A stretch of 64,000 bases of DNA from an uncultured Pseudomonadota bacterium (lineage in GTDB: Bacteria; Pseudomonadota; Alphaproteobacteria; JACZXZ01), in contig CAVVLJ010000021.1 of assembly GCA_963749075.1 (NCBI GenBank), positions 128,001 through 192,000 of the forward strand, given 5' to 3'. Of this stretch, positions 61,328 to 64,000 are shown in pieces. The number at the start of each line of letters is the position of its first letter. Within the stretch, counting starts at the first letter, position 1. A program made the position numbers and the translations under genes. A model generated the notes under the pieces. The model was not told where the DNA came from, made no database searches, and saw only the letters and a program-made list of their open reading frames with translations.

Positions 61328-62347
61328 ATGGCACAAGCGGCAGCTCGTTTCGGATCGACCTCGCTCGCGGCTCTATGTTTCGCCTGCGCGGTCATGTTCG
61401 CCTTTTCTTCTGCCGACGCCAAGACCGTCATGACGCTCGCCTACAGCCTGCCGGAAGGCTCGACCTACGACGTGGGCGCCAAGAAGTTCAAGGAGCTGGT
61501 CGAGAGCCGCACCAACGGCGAGGTCGAGCTGCGCATCATCTGCTGCGGGCGGCTGGGAAGCGACGAGGACGAATTCCGCCGCATCGAGGAGGGAAGCCTC
61601 GACGGCGCCATCCTGGGGCTCAACCTGGTCGGGCCGTTCGTCGCCGACGTCGATACCTTCTTCCTGCCGTACATGTTCAAGGACCTGAAGCACCTCGAGC
61701 ACGTGATGCTGGGTCCGATCGGCGCGAAGCTGCACGCGGAGATCCGCGAGAAGACCGGCGTGGAAGTCATCGGCTATACAGACTTCCTCTTCCGCAACCT
61801 CTATAACAGCAAGCGCGACATCAACAGCCTCAAGGACGTGGCCGGCCTCAAATACAGGGTCCCGCGCAACGAGGTCATGATCCAGACCTACCAGGCGTTC
61901 GGTGCCGAGGCGACGCCGCTCGGCTTCGCCGAGACCTTCAGCGCGACGCAGACCGGCATCGTCGACGGCGGCGACCTCGCCGCGATCCACCTCTATCAGT
62001 CCAAAATCTACGAGGTGGCCAAGCACATGGCCGTGACCGAGCATTTCGTCCTGATTTCGGGCTTCTTCGTCGGCGACAAGTTCTTGAGCAAGCTGCCGGC
62101 GAAAACCGCGGACATCATCCGCGCCGCCGGACCCGAGGCCGGGGCCGTCGCGCGGGCGTTCGGCTACAGTACCGAGCGCGACGCGGTCGAGAAGCTCAAA
62201 GCGGCGGGCGTGGTCTTCACCCACCCGGACAAGGCGGAATTCATTGCTGCCGTGAAACCGGTCTGGGACCGCTTCGTCAAGGAGCGCGGCCCGAAGGCCG
62301 CGGAGGTCATCAAGGAGATCGAGGCGACCGCGTCATCGTCGAACTAG
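61328..62347 (+). CDS. TRAP transporter substrate-binding protein (DctP family)
   Basis: Signal peptide; GLKYRV, QTGIVDG, YEVAKH. Confidence 0.9.
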   Translation: MAQAAARFGSTSLAALCFACAVMFAFSSADAKTVMTLAYSLPEGSTYDVGAKKFKELVESRTNGEVELRIICCGRLGSDEDEFRRIEEGSLDGAILGLNLVGPFVADVDTFFLPYMFKDLKHLEHVMLGPIGAKLHAEIREKTGVEVIGYTDFLFRNLYNSKRDINSLKDVAGLKYRVPRNEVMIQTYQAFGAEATPLGFAETFSATQTGIVDGGDLAAIHLYQSKIYEVAKHMAVTEHFVLISGFFVGDKFLSKLPAKTADIIRAAGPEAGAVARAFGYSTERDAVEKLKAAGVVFTHPDKAEFIAAVKPVWDRFVKERGPKAAEVIKEIEATASSSN

Positions 62348-62454
62348 GCTCCGGTCTCGAGGGCCGGCGCAGGCTCTTCTTCCGCGCGCGCGGTAATTCA
62401 GGGCGCGCGCCCGGCGAGAGCCCCGCAATCGACCACGACGCCGGACGGTGGAGA

Positions 62455-62991
62455 GTGCGCATTCGAAGGATGCTCAGCCGGGCGCTTGAAGTGATCCGCC
62501 GGAGGGCCGAGGACGTCTTGTGCTCGCTCCTGCTCGTCTTCATCACGGCGATCATCTTCCTCCAGGTCGTGATGCGGTACGTCTTCCACGCGCCGCTCTC
62601 CTGGGTGGACGAGGCGAGCGTCTTCGCCTTCGTGTGGTTCGTCTATCTCGGTGCCTCCCTGGCGACGCGGGAGCGTTCGCACATCCGCGTGCTCAACTTC
62701 ATCCACCTTCTGCCGCCTCGGGCGGCGCTCGCCGCGGTGATGGCGAGCGACCTCCTGTGGCTGGCCTTCAACGCGCTCATGGTCTGGCAGGGTGCCGCGC
62801 TCTTCCGCGACCTCTCCGTGCACCCCTATCTCTCGAGCGCGCTCGGCATCTCCGAGAAATGGCCGTTCCTCGCGGTCCCCGTCGGGTTCCTCTTCGTGGC
62901 GCTCAGGATGGCCGAGGTCTACGTCGATTGGTGGCGGACCGGCCGGCCGCTGACGAGCCCGCTCGAGGGCGGCGAGGCCGCCATTGACTGA
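62455..62991 (+). CDS. TRAP transporter small permease (DctQ)
   Basis: QVVMRYVF..PLSWVDE, HIRV, four TM segments. Confidence 0.9.
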   Translation: MRIRRMLSRALEVIRRRAEDVLCSLLLVFITAIIFLQVVMRYVFHAPLSWVDEASVFAFVWFVYLGASLATRERSHIRVLNFIHLLPPRAALAAVMASDLLWLAFNALMVWQGAALFRDLSVHPYLSSALGISEKWPFLAVPVGFLFVALRMAEVYVDWWRTGRPLTSPLEGGEAAID

Positions 62992-64000
62992 CCTTGCCGT
63001 CGTCTTCGCCGTGCTCTTCGGCGCGGTTGCGTTGGGCCTGCCGGTGCCCGCCTGCATCGGCGTCGCCACGGTGGTCGGCACCTGGCTGACCGGCCTCCCC
63101 CTGATCGGCATCGCCCAGAACGCCTTCGACGGGCTCCAGAGCACAGCGCTCATCACCATCCCGCTCTTCATCCTGGCCGGGGCGCTCATGGAGCGGGGCG
63201 GCATCACGAGCCATATCGTCGCCGTCGCCAAGACGCTGGTGGGCAACTACTACGGCAGCCTGGCGATCGTCGCGATCGTCGGCTGCACCTTCTTCGCGGC
63301 GATTTCCGGATCGGGCCCCGCGACAACCGCCGCGATCGGCGCCGTGACGATCCCGACCATGCTGCGGGAGAACTACCGGCCGGCGTTCGCGGGCGCCGTC
63401 AGCGCATCGGGCGGCGCGCTCGGCAGCCTCATCCCGCCGAGCACGCTCATGATCATCTACGGCATCATCACCAATACCTCGATTCCGAGGCTCTTCCTTG
63501 CGGGGATCGTCCCCGGCCTGATCACGAGCCTGATGCTGGGCTGGACGGCCTGGCTCATCGCCAAGCGCCACGGCTATCGCAGCTCCGAGGAGGCCCTCTC
63601 GCTCGCGCGCTTCCTCGGCGCGCTCCGTCAAGGCAAGTGGGCGGTCGCCGCCCCCGCGGTGATTCTCGGCGGCATATATCTCGGCGTCTTCACCGTGACC
63701 GAGGCCGCCGCCGTCTCGGTCGTCTATGCGCTCGTGGTCGGCGCCTTCGTCTACCGCAGCCTGAGCCGGCGCGGCGTCGCGGAATCCTTGCGCTTCACCG
63801 CCGCGGTGTCGGGGCCGATCCTGGTTCTCTTGGGCCTCGCGCGCGCCTTCGGCGAGGTGATGACCTTGATGGACGCGCCGGACCTCGTCGGCAAGCTCTT
63901 CCTCGGCGCCACGGGCAGCGGCTTCCTCGCCCTGATGGTCGTCGCGGCCGTGCTGATCTTCACGGGCACCTTCATGGAGTCCGCGGCGCAAATCCTGCTC
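62984..64000 (+). CDS. TRAP transporter large permease (DctM), partial
   Basis: TTG start; IPLFILAG, FAAISGS, LIPPS, GVFTVTEAA; runs off the window. Confidence 0.88.
   Translation, partial: MTDLAVVFAVLFGAVALGLPVPACIGVATVVGTWLTGLPLIGIAQNAFDGLQSTALITIPLFILAGALMERGGITSHIVAVAKTLVGNYYGSLAIVAIVGCTFFAAISGSGPATTAAIGAVTIPTMLRENYRPAFAGAVSASGGALGSLIPPSTLMIIYGIITNTSIPRLFLAGIVPGLITSLMLGWTAWLIAKRHGYRSSEEALSLARFLGALRQGKWAVAAPAVILGGIYLGVFTVTEAAAVSVVYALVVGAFVYRSLSRRGVAESLRFTAAVSGPILVLLGLARAFGEVMTLMDAPDLVGKLFLGATGSGFLALMVVAAVLIFTGTFMESAAQILL

Overview
High-GC alphaproteobacterial (Rhodospirillales-like, inferred from gene order) chromosomal window around the probable replication origin. The backbone is the familiar oriC-proximal set: hisBHAFE-hinT, hslVU, smr, mltA-tim44, fxsA-secB, dnaQ-coaE-maf-ppsR, oriC, hemEHJ-rho, mnmE, mnmG-rsmG-parAB with two parS sites, holA-leuS and purH. 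Accessory blocks are inserted into it. The most notable are two AT-richer cassettes that share a 23-bp terminal sequence matching the IS1595-family ISNha5-group end motif (CGGnnTT). Cassette 1 (8917-10688) has both inverted repeats, an 8-bp target duplication and no transposase, and carries pyrE. Cassette 2 starts at 34078, just after mnmE, has only the left end recognisable, and carries an 85-aa ORF coupled to dcd. In both, a pyrimidine-nucleotide enzyme lies downstream of an NrdR-box-like site and near a small RHH-like ORF, which suggests a mobile, dNTP-pool-responsive module (hypothesis). Other accessory content: an FNR-box-led NfnAB + 2-oxoacid:ferredoxin oxidoreductase + PFOR-like/ferredoxin operon, lutABC, a RelE/HTH toxin-antitoxin pair whose toxin may have lost its C-terminal Tyr, and an XRE-cupin/MBL hydrolase/YihU-like reductase/TRAP cluster with a perfect operator palindrome. 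No tRNA, rRNA, CRISPR array, integrase or transposase was recognised. All calls were made by eye, without database searches.
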